Source: Gemmatimonadales bacterium (GTDB lineage Bacteria > Gemmatimonadota > Gemmatimonadetes > Gemmatimonadales > GWC2-71-9). Taken from it: a stretch of 54,855 nucleotides of DNA. Where the stretch lies: positions 1 through 54,855 of the forward strand of contig JACCQZ010000065.1 in NCBI GenBank assembly GCA_013813875.1, written 5' to 3'. Positions 1-8,574 of this stretch are shown piece by piece (within the stretch, counting starts at the first letter, position 1; each line of letters begins with the position of its first letter). The notes beneath the pieces were generated by a model. The model did not search any database. It saw only the letters and a program-made list of their open reading frames with translations, and was not told the DNA's origin. A program made the position numbers and the translations under genes.

Positions 1-2
1 GC

Positions 3-182
3 GTCACCCTGATCCTCATCGGCCTCCTGCTCTGGTCCGGCAGTCTCTCCTGGTTCGGGCGGCTCCCCGGCGACATCCGGATCGAACGGGACTCGTTCCA
101 GATCTTCGTCCCCCTCGTCTCCATGATCGTGGTGTCGGTGGTCATCAGCCTGGTGCTGTATCTGATGAAGCGATATCTCTGA
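3..182 (+). CDS. DUF2905-family small membrane protein, C-terminal part (5' end outside window)
   Basis: Frame is open from the window edge. It translates ...WFGRLPGDIRIERDSFQIFVPLVSMIVVSVVISLVLYLMKRYL*, with TGA at 180-182. The RLPGDI motif plus a terminal TM helix is typical of DUF2905. Confidence 0.6.
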   Translation, partial: VTLILIGLLLWSGSLSWFGRLPGDIRIERDSFQIFVPLVSMIVVSVVISLVLYLMKRYL

Positions 183-239
183 AGGTCGAAGGTCGAAAGT
201 CGAAGGTCTGGAGACCCTAGCCTGCGACCTTCGACCTTC
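181..239. repeat. Heptamer-array hairpin A: GAAGGTC GAAGGTC GAAAGTC GAAGGTC, 17-nt spacer, GACCTTC GACCTTC
   Basis: Read directly. Units lie at 181-187, 188-194, 195-201 and 202-208; reverse-complement units lie at 226-232 and 233-239. The element overlaps the DUF2905 stop codon and precedes the DUF4112 gene. Confidence 0.85.
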
Positions 240-264
240 TTCAGCATGTGCTTACCTTGCATCC

Positions 265-771
265 ATGAGCCCAACCCACCTCTCCCGCCAGCCCGCTCCC
301 GAAGTAGGCACCCTCGACCCGCACAGACTGGAGCGGCTGCGCCAGTTGGGGCACCTGCTCGACAACTCGATTCCCATTCCAGGAACCCGATTTCGGGTGG
401 GCCTGGACGCCATCATCGGGCTGGTGCCGGGAGTCGGAGACTTGGTGGGGGGCGCGCTCTCGCTCTACATCGTCATGCAGGCCGCTCGCTTGGGAGTTCC
501 CCGTCCGCTGCTCGCTCGGATGGGCTGGAACGTCGCGGTGGAGACCGTGGTGGGAGCAATCCCGCTGTTCGGCGATCTGTTCGACGCCGGCTACAAGGCC
601 AACCTGCGGAACCTCGCCCTCATCCAGCAGCAGGTAGACCAGCCGGTAAAATCCAAACGCGCCAGCGTGCGCTTTGCCGCGCTGCTGGCTGTCGGACTGC
701 TCCTTCTTCTCGCCGGAGCCGTGGCGCTGGGCGTGGTGCTGGTGAGACTCCTGAGTCAGCCGGTGCTGTGA
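265..771 (+). CDS. DUF4112 domain-containing membrane protein
   Basis: 168-aa ORF with GLDAIIGLVPGVGDLVGGALSLYIV...IPLFGDLFDAGYKANLRN, the DUF4112 signature. C-terminal hydrophobic helix. Confidence 0.75.
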   Translation: MSPTHLSRQPAPEVGTLDPHRLERLRQLGHLLDNSIPIPGTRFRVGLDAIIGLVPGVGDLVGGALSLYIVMQAARLGVPRPLLARMGWNVAVETVVGAIPLFGDLFDAGYKANLRNLALIQQQVDQPVKSKRASVRFAALLAVGLLLLLAGAVALGVVLVRLLSQPVL

Positions 772-1181
772 CCGCAACCCCTCCGTCGCTCTACAGCGTG
801 GCGATCTTCGTTCACGACATCGGCCGCGCCATCGAGTTCTACCGCGACAAGCTGATGTTACCCCTCACCAAGCAGGGCGCGTTCGGGGCCGAGTTTCTGG
901 AGGGAGATACCCACATCGGCGTTCACCCGGCGGTGCACCCCGATTCCCAGGCGCTGGTGGGACGCCACACCGGGATCACGCTCTTCATGCCTGACCTGCT
1001 GCACTATTGCGGGGAGCTGCACGAGCGGGCAGTCCGGTTTGTCGCCGAGCCGACTCAGCAGACCTGGGGCATCATGGCGATGGTGGCGGACCCGGACGGT
1101 AACGTACTCGCGCTCTGGGAGGATCAGCTGCCGGACAGCGAGCAGCACGTTCACCTGGATCAGGCCGATGGCTCGGCCTGA
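768..1181 (+). CDS. VOC (glyoxalase/bleomycin-resistance/dioxygenase) family protein
   Basis: C-terminal part of ORF 246..1181: SLYSVAIFVHDIGRAIEFYRDKLML...GIMAMVADPDGNVLALWE. GTG at 768 overlaps the upstream stop (GTGA); the exact start is uncertain. Confidence 0.65.
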   Translation: MTATPPSLYSVAIFVHDIGRAIEFYRDKLMLPLTKQGAFGAEFLEGDTHIGVHPAVHPDSQALVGRHTGITLFMPDLLHYCGELHERAVRFVAEPTQQTWGIMAMVADPDGNVLALWEDQLPDSEQHVHLDQADGSA

Positions 1182-1657
1182 GGCGGACGGTAGGGGGAAA
1201 CTGAACGGGCCAGGTCACTCCCCCTGAAAGAGTCTTCCACGATCTGACCCTGCTGTTCCATCCCGTAGGCATCGAACGGTTTTCCCGGCTCTATCCGATA
1301 GGCATATGGGCTTTCGCCGACACCGAGGGTCCGGTGAGCCAGATCGCGGAGCTGCGCCGCCACCCCTCGGCTGAAGTACCGCAGCGCTCCCCACCGCTGG
1401 TACTGCCCGCAATGCGTCAGCTCATGCGCCAGCACCGCCAGGTCGGCCTCGCACCAGCCGGGCAGAAACACATGGTTGCCCAACGCCACCGCCCGGCGCC
1501 GGCTCAGCGAGAGCAGCAGCCGCCGGGCCAGCCCGGAGCCGCCACCGCAGCCGGTACGATAGATCCGTACCCGCGAGCAATCCACCGCCACCGGTAGGGT
1601 GCCGAGCGCCGCGCACTCGCCCGCGGTCAGTTGCTGCCCAGCGCTGCCACGGCGCAT
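1160..1657 (-). CDS. DUF4157 (eCIS-core-like) domain protein with HExxH-like motif
   Basis: 165 aa. RVRIYRTG...ALGNHVFLPG...LAHELTHCGQYQRWG resembles the DUF4157 pattern. It lies immediately downstream of the AI-2E gene (1-nt gap), and its 3' end overlaps the VOC gene by 22 nt. Confidence 0.5.
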   Translation of the reverse strand: MRRGSAGQQLTAGECAALGTLPVAVDCSRVRIYRTGCGGGSGLARRLLLSLSRRRAVALGNHVFLPGWCEADLAVLAHELTHCGQYQRWGALRYFSRGVAAQLRDLAHRTLGVGESPYAYRIEPGKPFDAYGMEQQGQIVEDSFRGSDLARSVSPYRPPQAEPSA

Positions 1658-1658
1658 C

Positions 1659-2834
1659 TCAGTCGCCCAGAAACTCGCCGATCGGAGCCAGCGACTCGAT
1701 GTGGTCGCACATGATCTTCATCGCCGCCATCATCGGCACCGCCAGGATGGCGCCGGGAATGCCCCACAGATACCACCAGAACACCAGGCCGATGAAGAGC
1801 GCCACGGTGTTCATCTGCATCCGCTTTCCCTGTATCATCGGCGTGAGAAAGTTGCCCTCGATCATGTTGACGACGATCGGAACCGCGGGGACCAGCAGCG
1901 CCTGCGTGGTATCCTCGAACGTCAGTAGCGCGGCCAGACCGAGGATCACCGTCATGGCCGTGGCGCCGAGGTAGGGCACGAAGTTGAGCACTCCAGCCAC
2001 TACTCCCCACAGCACCGGGTTGGGCATCCCCAGCAACGCCAGTCCGACGCCGACCGCGACGCCGACTCCCACGTTGATCAGCGTGGCGGTGAACAGGTAG
2101 ATGGAAATCTGCGCCTCCGTCTCCCGCGCGATGCGGACCGCGGTCTTCTTGTCTTTGAACTGCGGCAGCACCGTGACCATCTTCTGCAGGAAGAGGTCAC
2201 CGACGGCGAGCAGAAAGTAGGTCAGAAAGATGACTACTGTGGCCGCGCTGGCGAACGTGGCGGTGCCGCCGAAGAGCTGCTTGGAGAGGCTGGGACCCTT
2301 GATCTGTACTTCCGGAGTGGAATCGTCCAGATCGGTGGCCTGCTCCACCTCCTCGGCCGCCCGGGTAACCTGCTCCATCGCGCCGCCGGACGAGCGCAGC
2401 CGCTGCTTCACCGTGGCGATGCTCTCCGGAGCCCGGGCGACCCACGCCGCGGCGGGGCCCGAGAGCCGGTAGACCCCGTAGCCGAGCACTGCAAGGAGCG
2501 CGATGACCAGGATGGCGGCTCCAAGTGGTTCAGGGAGCCCGATCCTGCGCAGCGCGCGGACCACCGGGCTCAACAGAAAGTCGAGCAGAATGGCCAGCAC
2601 GATCGGGAGGATGAAGGCTTGGGCAAAGTGCAGGGTATACAGTACCGCGAGGATGAACAGCCCGACCAATGCCACATGGCGGGCATCGGCGTGCTCGCCG
2701 AGGAGGCCCGCCAGCTTGCCGGCGTCGGGCTCGCTCTCCGCTCCTTCGGCTGAGGGAATGAGGGCCGAGGCTGAGATATCGGGAGTCAGAATCGAGCCGT
2801 CGTCCGGCTCGATAGTCGGCGTGCCGCTGGTCAT
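1659..2834 (-). CDS. AI-2E family transporter (PerM/UPF0118)
   Basis: 391 aa with multiple TM helices. ...GVVAGVLNFVPYLGATAMTVILGLAAL... is typical of the AI-2E family. Confidence 0.8.
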   Translation of the reverse strand: MTSGTPTIEPDDGSILTPDISASALIPSAEGAESEPDAGKLAGLLGEHADARHVALVGLFILAVLYTLHFAQAFILPIVLAILLDFLLSPVVRALRRIGLPEPLGAAILVIALLAVLGYGVYRLSGPAAAWVARAPESIATVKQRLRSSGGAMEQVTRAAEEVEQATDLDDSTPEVQIKGPSLSKQLFGGTATFASAATVVIFLTYFLLAVGDLFLQKMVTVLPQFKDKKTAVRIARETEAQISIYLFTATLINVGVGVAVGVGLALLGMPNPVLWGVVAGVLNFVPYLGATAMTVILGLAALLTFEDTTQALLVPAVPIVVNMIEGNFLTPMIQGKRMQMNTVALFIGLVFWWYLWGIPGAILAVPMMAAMKIMCDHIESLAPIGEFLGD

Positions 2835-2941
2835 GGATGTCTCGTGGAGGAGTTGGCCCTTGTCCCGCTACTGCGCCCCGCGGTAAGGTTACCCGGCCCC
2901 ACCTCGCCGGTCCAGCACACGGGGTCTCTCCTTCAGCCTCG

Positions 2942-3703
2942 ATGAGGAGCATGGCGCGCCTGTGGCAGTCGCTCGTCTCCATGTGGACCTGGGTGGTCAT
3001 CGCCACCTGCGTGCTGCTCTGGTTTCCACTGGTGGCCATCGTGAGGCTGGTGACGGCGCCCTTCGACCGGGAACGCTATCGAGCCGGCTATTTATTCCGC
3101 CAGCTCCCGAAAGTGATCGCCACCCTCAATCCCTTCTGGCGATTCCGCTGCGCCGGCGTGATGCCGCCGGACCCGCGCCGTCCCTTCGTCGTCGTGTCCA
3201 ACCACGAGTCGTTTGTAGACATCTTGCTGATCAGCCATCTCCCCTGGGAGATGAAGTGGCTCTCCAAAGCGGAGCTCTTTCGGGTTCCGGTTTTCGGCTG
3301 GATGATGCAGCTGGCCGGCGACATCCCCATCAAGCGTGGCTTCGGGCCCAGCGCCATCGAGGCCATGGCGCGTTGCCGCGAGGTGCTGAGTCAGCGCGTA
3401 TCGGTCATGATCTTTCCCGAGGGAACCCGCTCCGCCACGGCTGAGCTGCTTCCCTTCAAGGATGGCGCCTTCCGCCTGGCTATTGACGCCGGCGTGGCGA
3501 TCCTCCCGCTCGTGGTACGCGGAACCCGTCCGGCCCTGCCCAAGCACGACTGGCGCTTCGGCCGCTCGACCGCCGTGGTCGAGGTGCTGCTGCCGGTGGA
3601 GACGGCCGGCCTTACTCCAGAAGATGTGCCGGCGCTCAAAGCCAGGGTGCGGGGGATGATCGTCGCGGCGAGGAAAGGAGTGTCAAGTGCAAGTGACAAG
3701 TGA
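2942..3703 (+). CDS. plsC: 1-acyl-sn-glycerol-3-phosphate acyltransferase (LPLAT/PlsC family)
   Basis: NHESFVD (HX4D) and FPEGTR motifs with an N-terminal TM segment. Start chosen at ATG 2942 (MRSMARLWQ); the longer ORF from 2837 is probably too long. The last codons run into hairpin C. Confidence 0.8.
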   Translation: MRSMARLWQSLVSMWTWVVIATCVLLWFPLVAIVRLVTAPFDRERYRAGYLFRQLPKVIATLNPFWRFRCAGVMPPDPRRPFVVVSNHESFVDILLISHLPWEMKWLSKAELFRVPVFGWMMQLAGDIPIKRGFGPSAIEAMARCREVLSQRVSVMIFPEGTRSATAELLPFKDGAFRLAIDAGVAILPLVVRGTRPALPKHDWRFGRSTAVVEVLLPVETAGLTPEDVPALKARVRGMIVAARKGVSSASDK

Positions 3704-3783
3704 CAAGTGGGTGGCAAGCAGAAGGTGCGGAGTCGGGCACCGACCATCCACACTTGTCACTTGCCACTTGTCACTTGTCACTC
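3682..3783. repeat. Heptamer-array hairpin C, unit GACAAGT / ACTTGTC
   Basis: Left arm: GTCAAGT GCAAGT GACAAGT GACAAGT GG. Right arm: ACTTGTC ACTTGCC ACTTGTC ACTTGTC (3752-3779). Positions 3692-3710 are a perfect 19-nt reverse complement of 3764-3782. The element lies between the convergent plsC and Nif3 genes. Confidence 0.85.
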
Positions 3784-3788
3784 TCTCC

Positions 3789-4622
3789 TCACATCCCCGT
3801 CGGATGATCATGAAACTCCCACTCCAGCTCGAACCGCTCGGCCAGATGGGAGGCCAAGGCCTGAACGCCTAGAGTCTCGGTGGCGTAGTGGCCGGCGTAG
3901 ATGACGTTGAGGTCCCATTCCATGGCGTCGAAGTAGGTGTGGTGGGCGCCTTCGCCGGTGATGTAGGTGTCGAGCCCCGCGTCGCGCGCGGCCTGGATCA
4001 TGTTGCCGGCGCCTCCGGTGATGATCCCGATTCGAGAGACCCGCTCGGGGCCGCCCGCAATGAGCCGCGCACCGGGAGTCAGGGTGCCCAGTACGCGATC
4101 GAGTTCCCCGACCAGCGAATCTCTCGAGATCAAACCCGCGGGGGCGTACCCCCACACGCCGAGCGGGACCCCACGGTAATCGCCGAACCATCCTTCGACG
4201 CCGATGCCGAGGCGCTCGGCCATGACGACGTTGTTGCCGACCTCCGGATGCAGGTCGAGCGGAATGTGCGCGGCGTAGACGGCCACGTCCCTCTCGATCA
4301 ATGCCGCGACCCGGCGATACCTGCGTCCGGTGAACGGCACGTTGCCATCCCAGAGCAGTCCGTGGTGCACCAGCAGGAGCGGGGCGGCCGGGTCTTCGGC
4401 GATCACCCGGTCTATCGTTGCCTGCGATGCATCTACCGCCGCGACGATGCCTCCGACCCGTCCCCCGTTTTCGACCTGCAGGCCGTTCACTGCGTTCCGC
4501 TCGTCTGGAATCTCCCGAACCCGGAGATACCCGTCGAGATAGGCCACCACGTCGCTGAGCGCCGCGCCGCTCACCGGGGCCTGGCCTCGCAAAGAGTCAC
4601 CAGTCCAACAGCATGGCGCCAT
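3789..4622 (-). CDS. Nif3-like dinuclear metal center protein (YbgI/GTP cyclohydrolase 1 type 2 family)
   Basis: 277 aa. ...LLLVHHGLLW..., ...ITGEGAHHTYFDA..., ...YAGHYATETLGVQALASHL... are Nif3 family signatures. Confidence 0.8.
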   Translation of the reverse strand: MAPCCWTGDSLRGQAPVSGAALSDVVAYLDGYLRVREIPDERNAVNGLQVENGGRVGGIVAAVDASQATIDRVIAEDPAAPLLLVHHGLLWDGNVPFTGRRYRRVAALIERDVAVYAAHIPLDLHPEVGNNVVMAERLGIGVEGWFGDYRGVPLGVWGYAPAGLISRDSLVGELDRVLGTLTPGARLIAGGPERVSRIGIITGGAGNMIQAARDAGLDTYITGEGAHHTYFDAMEWDLNVIYAGHYATETLGVQALASHLAERFELEWEFHDHPTGM

Positions 4623-4632
4623 GGATTCACTG

Positions 4633-4662
4633 AATGTATCAGCAGCATCAAATTAGCGTCAA
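4633..4662 (-). promoter_or_regulatory. Candidate sigma70-type promoter for the Nif3-like gene (TTGACG-18-TACATT)
   Basis: On the minus strand: TTGACG (4657-4662), 18-nt spacer, TACATT (4633-4638), then 10 nt to ATG at 4622. This implies a very short or absent leader. Sequence match only. Confidence 0.3.
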
Positions 4663-4694
4663 AGTCACTCATTTCCACAGACTTAGTCCACTTC

Positions 4695-5114
4695 TCAACT
4701 CTTGTGGGAATCCCCGGCGGCGGCGCTCTCTGCGTCCATCTTCACCTCACCGCTGACCCTGGCGCCTTCGACAATGGCGATCCGGGGAGTGAGGATGTCT
4801 CCGGTAACTACGGCGGTGGCCTGCAGCTCGACCCGGTCCTTGGCGTAGATACCCCCACTCACCTGCCCGGCGATCACCGCCTCCTGGGTGTGCAGATCGC
4901 CTTCGATCACTGCCCCCGCCGCCACCAGCACCTGGGCGCCGACGCGGACCGTGCCCCGGACGCGCCCCTCGACCCGTACCACTCCCTCGGTCTCCAGGTC
5001 GCCGATCACGGTCATGTCGCTGGCTATGATCGAGAACGGTATCTGGTCGGTGCGTCGGCGCCGGAGCTCATTGCCCTGCTCGTCGCGCGCCGCGCTGCTG
5101 AAGATCCCCATCAC
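4695..5114 (-). CDS. Bactofilin family cytoskeletal protein
   Basis: 139 aa. A repetitive beta-helix pattern (VIGDLETEGVVRVEGRVRGTVRVGAQVLVAAGAVIEGDLHTQEAVIAGQVSGGIYA...) is typical of the bactofilin/CcmA domain. The start overlaps the M23 stop (ATGA). Confidence 0.8.
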   Translation of the reverse strand: MMGIFSSAARDEQGNELRRRRTDQIPFSIIASDMTVIGDLETEGVVRVEGRVRGTVRVGAQVLVAAGAVIEGDLHTQEAVIAGQVSGGIYAKDRVELQATAVVTGDILTPRIAIVEGARVSGEVKMDAESAAAGDSHKS

Positions 5115-5908
5115 TCCCCCTCTCTGACCATGGTTCGCGGATCCAGCGAGGTGCCCCGCTGCCGGATCTCGAAGTGCAGATGCGGCGCGGTGGACCGCCC
5201 GCTGTTGCCGCTGAGTCCAATAACCTCGCTCGGGGCCACTGTGGCGCCGGCTGTCACGATGATGCGGGAAAGATGGCCGTACATCGTCTGGTACTCCTCA
5301 GGGTGATCGAGCAGCACGAAGAAGCCGTACTCGGGATCCTCCCCTACCTGATGCACCGTCGCTCCACCCGACGCCCGCACGATAGCCCCCACCGATACCG
5401 CGATGTCAATGCCGGGATGTGCCTCCTCCCGGCTGCCGCCGCCGACCTGCCCCTGGGTCACATACCCCGTCTCATCGAGCGGCCACTCCCTCGGCAAGGT
5501 GAGGCCGAAGCTGGGCCCGCGCGACTCGGCACCTGCTGCCCGGGCTCGAAGCGCGGGTGCCAGCGGAAGCGGCGATGCCAGGGCGAGCGGGTCGCGCATT
5601 ACGTCAGCGCCGATCATCTGGCGCACTTGGGCGTACCGCGACTCCAGGCTATCGAGTGCGGAGGAAAGCTGTCTGATCTTGGCGTTATCGGACTCGAGAC
5701 GGGTTACCTGGCGCTCCAGCCCGGGCACCCGGGCGGCCGCCCGCACCACCGGGAGATAGAGGATGGCCACGAGGAGGAGGCCGGCGAGAAGGATGGCCCC
5801 GAATGTTAGGCCGAGCCGAAGCGCCCAGAGAGGAATCCGGAGGGTCTGTGACCGAACCGCGCCGTCCTGCTGGATGACGAGGGTTACGGACCGCGAGCGG
5901 CCCTTCAT
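5111..5908 (-). CDS. M23 family (LytM-domain) metallopeptidase, membrane anchored
   Basis: 265 aa with an N-terminal TM helix and a coiled-coil-like middle region. HPGIDIA ... YGHLS ... GNSGRSTAPHLHFE are M23 zinc-site motifs. The start overlaps the parB stop. Confidence 0.85.
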   Translation of the reverse strand: MKGRSRSVTLVIQQDGAVRSQTLRIPLWALRLGLTFGAILLAGLLLVAILYLPVVRAAARVPGLERQVTRLESDNAKIRQLSSALDSLESRYAQVRQMIGADVMRDPLALASPLPLAPALRARAAGAESRGPSFGLTLPREWPLDETGYVTQGQVGGGSREEAHPGIDIAVSVGAIVRASGGATVHQVGEDPEYGFFVLLDHPEEYQTMYGHLSRIIVTAGATVAPSEVIGLSGNSGRSTAPHLHFEIRQRGTSLDPRTMVREGE

Positions 5909-6798
5909 CCCTCGAAGGGCTCGCCGAGAATGAGCTCGAGGAGTCGGGCGAGGTCGTCATTGGAGTAGTAGCTGAGGGTGAGGAACCCTCGCCCCCGGCG
6001 CCGGGTCGTTACTCTCACGTCGGTTCCGAGGCGCTTGCGGAGCGCCTCCTCGACTCGGCGTACGTCGGTGGTGGCCGGGGCGCCGGGTGCGTTCCGCCGC
6101 TCCAGGGTACCCCTGCGCTTTTTCCCTGCCGGCACATCACCACGCACCCGGGACTCCATTTCCCGCACCGTCCAACCCTGCTCCACCGCCTCGCGGGCCA
6201 ACTGCAGCAGACGCTCCGGCTCGTCCACCCCGAGCAGAGCGCGCGCGTGGCCTTCGGAGAGCTTCCCTTCGTGGACCATCGCGCGCACATCGGCGGGCAG
6301 TTGGAGAAGGCGAAGGAGGTTAGCCACCGTTGAGCGGTTGCGGCCGACCACTCTCGCGATTTCGTTCTGGGCCAGCTTGAACTCTTGGCCGAGCCGCTGA
6401 TATCCCGCGGCTTCGTCTATGGGAGAGAGATCGTGCCGCTGCAGGTTCTCGATGAGCGCCAGCGTGAGCAGCGTCCGATCGTCAACGTCCTTGATGACCG
6501 CCGGAATCTTGGCCCACCCCAGCCGCTCGGCCGCGCGGTACCGGCGCTCACCGGCGATGAGCTCCCAGGTTCCATTTCGAGGCCGGACCACGACTGGCTG
6601 CAGCAGCCCCGACGCTTCCATGGAGGCGGTGAGCTCGGTGAGGGCGCCTTCATCCATGTGAGTGCGCGGCTGGTAGGGGTTCATGCGCACGCTGGCCATC
6701 GGGAGCTCGCGCAACGTGCCCGAGGCCTCCGCCTGCTGCCGCGACACCGGGCCCAAGAGCGCCTCCAGTCCACGGCCCAGCCTCTTGGTCTCGCTCAT
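5905..6798 (-). CDS. parB: Chromosome partitioning protein ParB (Spo0J)
   Basis: Starts MSETKRLGRGLEALLGP... with IENLQRHDLSPIDEA and an HTH region. ATG at 6798 overlaps the parA stop by 4 nt. The longer ORF to 7233 overlaps parA and was rejected. Confidence 0.9.
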   Translation of the reverse strand: MSETKRLGRGLEALLGPVSRQQAEASGTLRELPMASVRMNPYQPRTHMDEGALTELTASMEASGLLQPVVVRPRNGTWELIAGERRYRAAERLGWAKIPAVIKDVDDRTLLTLALIENLQRHDLSPIDEAAGYQRLGQEFKLAQNEIARVVGRNRSTVANLLRLLQLPADVRAMVHEGKLSEGHARALLGVDEPERLLQLAREAVEQGWTVREMESRVRGDVPAGKKRRGTLERRNAPGAPATTDVRRVEEALRKRLGTDVRVTTRRRGRGFLTLSYYSNDDLARLLELILGEPFEG

Positions 6799-7610
6799 GT
6801 GGCCACCTCCGGCAGCGGCTCCGGTAACTCGCTCACCACCGGTGACTCCACCCTGCGCATCAATTCCTGCGCGACCGCGAGATAACTCTTGGCGCCGATT
6901 GACTGCACATCGTATAAAAGGATGGGCTTGCCGAAACTGGGCGCCTCCGCGAGGCGGACGTTCCGAGGAATTGGAGTCAGGAACACCTTGGCGCCGAAGT
7001 ATTCCTTGGCGTCCTCCGCCACCTGACGGCAGAGATTGAGCCGCGAATCGTACATGGTGAGCAGTACGCCGCTGATGGTGAGACCTGGGTTGAAGTTCTG
7101 CTGGACCAGGCGGACGGTGTTCAGCAACTGTGAGATGCCCTCGAGTCCATAGTACTCGCACTGAATCGGAATGAGGACCGCATTGGCCGAGGCGAGCACG
7201 TTGAGGGTGAGCAGCCCGAGCGAGGGAGGACAATCCACCACGATATAGTCGTAGTCGTCGTTGAGCGGCTCGATCACCTGGCGCAGCACCGCCTCGCGCT
7301 CGCTGCGCTCCACCAGTTGGAGCTCCGCGCCAACCAGGTCCTGAGTAGCCGGCAGCACCTGTAGATGAGGGAGCCCCGGGACCGGAAGGATTGCTTCTCG
7401 AGCCGCGCGGCCGTCCACCAGAGCGTCGTACAGGGAGATCTCCAGATCGTGCTTGGTGATTCCCAGTCCACTGGTGGCATTGCCTTGCGGATCGGCGTCC
7501 AGGAGTAAAGTTCGGCGCTCGGCGATGGCGAGCGACGCCGCGAGGTTGACCGCCGTGGTCGTTTTCCCGACCCCGCCCTTCTGATTAGCGATGGCTATGA
7601 TATGGGCCAT
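6795..7610 (-). CDS. parA: Chromosome partitioning ATPase ParA (Soj)
   Basis: 271 aa. MAHIIAIANQKGGVGKTTTAVNLAASLA is the deviant Walker A motif. Confidence 0.9.
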   Translation of the reverse strand: MAHIIAIANQKGGVGKTTTAVNLAASLAIAERRTLLLDADPQGNATSGLGITKHDLEISLYDALVDGRAAREAILPVPGLPHLQVLPATQDLVGAELQLVERSEREAVLRQVIEPLNDDYDYIVVDCPPSLGLLTLNVLASANAVLIPIQCEYYGLEGISQLLNTVRLVQQNFNPGLTISGVLLTMYDSRLNLCRQVAEDAKEYFGAKVFLTPIPRNVRLAEAPSFGKPILLYDVQSIGAKSYLAVAQELMRRVESPVVSELPEPLPEVAT

Positions 7611-7745
7611 GAAAGCCTATTACAGGTGTAAGCTCTTTCGGGACAGCGACTTAGGAATCAGTTGACAACTTGTACTGAATGCGCGCAAGAAGCTATGGCT
7701 GGGTTTTCCTCAATATACGTAATCCGCTGATCTTGCGGTACCATG

Positions 7746-7761
7746 AGTTTCACGTGAAAAC
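7746..7761. promoter_or_regulatory. parS-like ParB binding site (AGTTTCACGTGAAAAC)
   Basis: Perfect 12-bp palindrome TTTCACGTGAAA at 7748-7759. It matches 13/16 positions of the TGTTTCACGTGAAACA consensus and lies 136 bp upstream of the parA start. Confidence 0.7.
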
Positions 7762-7879
7762 GCTGCACACTCAAGGTTTTGGGGCCGGTAGGGCTTGTGG
7801 ATAGGTCGTGCAGTGTGCTGTGTAAGGCTCCTGAAGCGTAAAGTACGAAGGGGCGTCGCTGGGATTAGGCAGAGAGTCG

Positions 7880-8530
7880 CTGCTGCGTAGAGTCGCAAGG
7901 AGAGGAGCCAAGCAAGCTGACGCTACAGAACGCAGGGCCGCAGGTGGACATTGGAGGTGGCCAGCGGACCGGAGCGAGGGCTGGGGGATGTAGTGAGTGT
8001 CCGAGGATAGGACCCGAGAGCACGCCGTGTTGGAAGCGGCGAGGCGAAGCGAGGTCGGCGAGTGCGAGCGAAGTCGGGGAGGCCGAAGGCAGGCGTCGAT
8101 CGGTTTTCAGGCGTACAATCGGGTTATAAGGAATGGCGGTACGTTGAGGTGGCGGACAAGTAGCCTTGTTGCGAGGGAGTTGAAGAAGGGGCGCGCATCA
8201 ACCGGGAGTGGAGACGGCGGGTGCAGCGAACGCGAACTGGACAAGGGCCCGAGGAGCAACAGGAGTGGAAACCGGTGGCGTACTAGCGGATGAAGAACGG
8301 GGCAGCAAGTGGAAGTGGAGGGAAAAAAGGCGGTGCAGCGGCGACGGGCGCTGTCGGGGTGGTGCATGGGGAGAAAGGTGGCAGGGTCCGGTGAAGGAAG
8401 CATGGAAAGCGTCAGAGGGAACGGAGTGCTGTGGAAGGTAGGCTGGACGACGTACACTCGAGATGAGGTTGGCGGCTTGGCGGAGGGGCTGAACGGCGGA
8501 GGGGAGTGTGACGGCGCGGGGTGTAGCGCA
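7880..8530 (+). other. Strongly purine-skewed (G much greater than C on the + strand) non-coding stretch
   Basis: Hand counts: 8041-8100 gives G30 A13 C12 T5, and 8281-8340 gives G26 A20 C8 T6. Only short overlapping ORFs occur, and they use rare codons (AGG, CGA, AGT, ATA, GGA). The boundaries are approximate. Confidence 0.7.
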
Positions 8531-8574
8531 GGTTTATGGGTTCGCTAGGCGAGATTCCGCTCCGGCAATCCCGC

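Noticed and set aside
5905-7233. 442-aa version of ParB starting at 7233.
   Set aside because: The extra 145 N-terminal residues overlap parA out of frame and are low-complexity. The canonical ParB N-terminus MSETKRLGRGLEALLG begins at 6798 with an ATGA overlap.
7796-7804. DnaA-box-like TGTGGATAG, suggesting oriC in the mnmG-parA gap. The same 9-mer occurs at 33443-33451.
   Set aside because: There is a single imperfect box, with no cluster and no obvious AT-rich unwinding element. Genes on both sides run in the same direction, and an identical 9-mer occurs in an unrelated intergenic region.
8107-8457. 116-aa minus-strand ORF as a decayed rsmG.
   Set aside because: The Pro/Ser/Leu-rich translation of the pyrimidine-rich strand has no SAM-binding GxGxG motif or any other RsmG-like segment.
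7880-8530. CsrB/RsmZ-like CsrA-sponge RNA, suggested by the many GGA motifs on the + strand.
   Set aside because: Given the local composition (roughly 45% G, 25% A), about 30 GGA triplets are expected by chance in 650 nt. I could not see GGA placed in repeated hairpin loops. It remains only one possible reading under the purine-skew finding.
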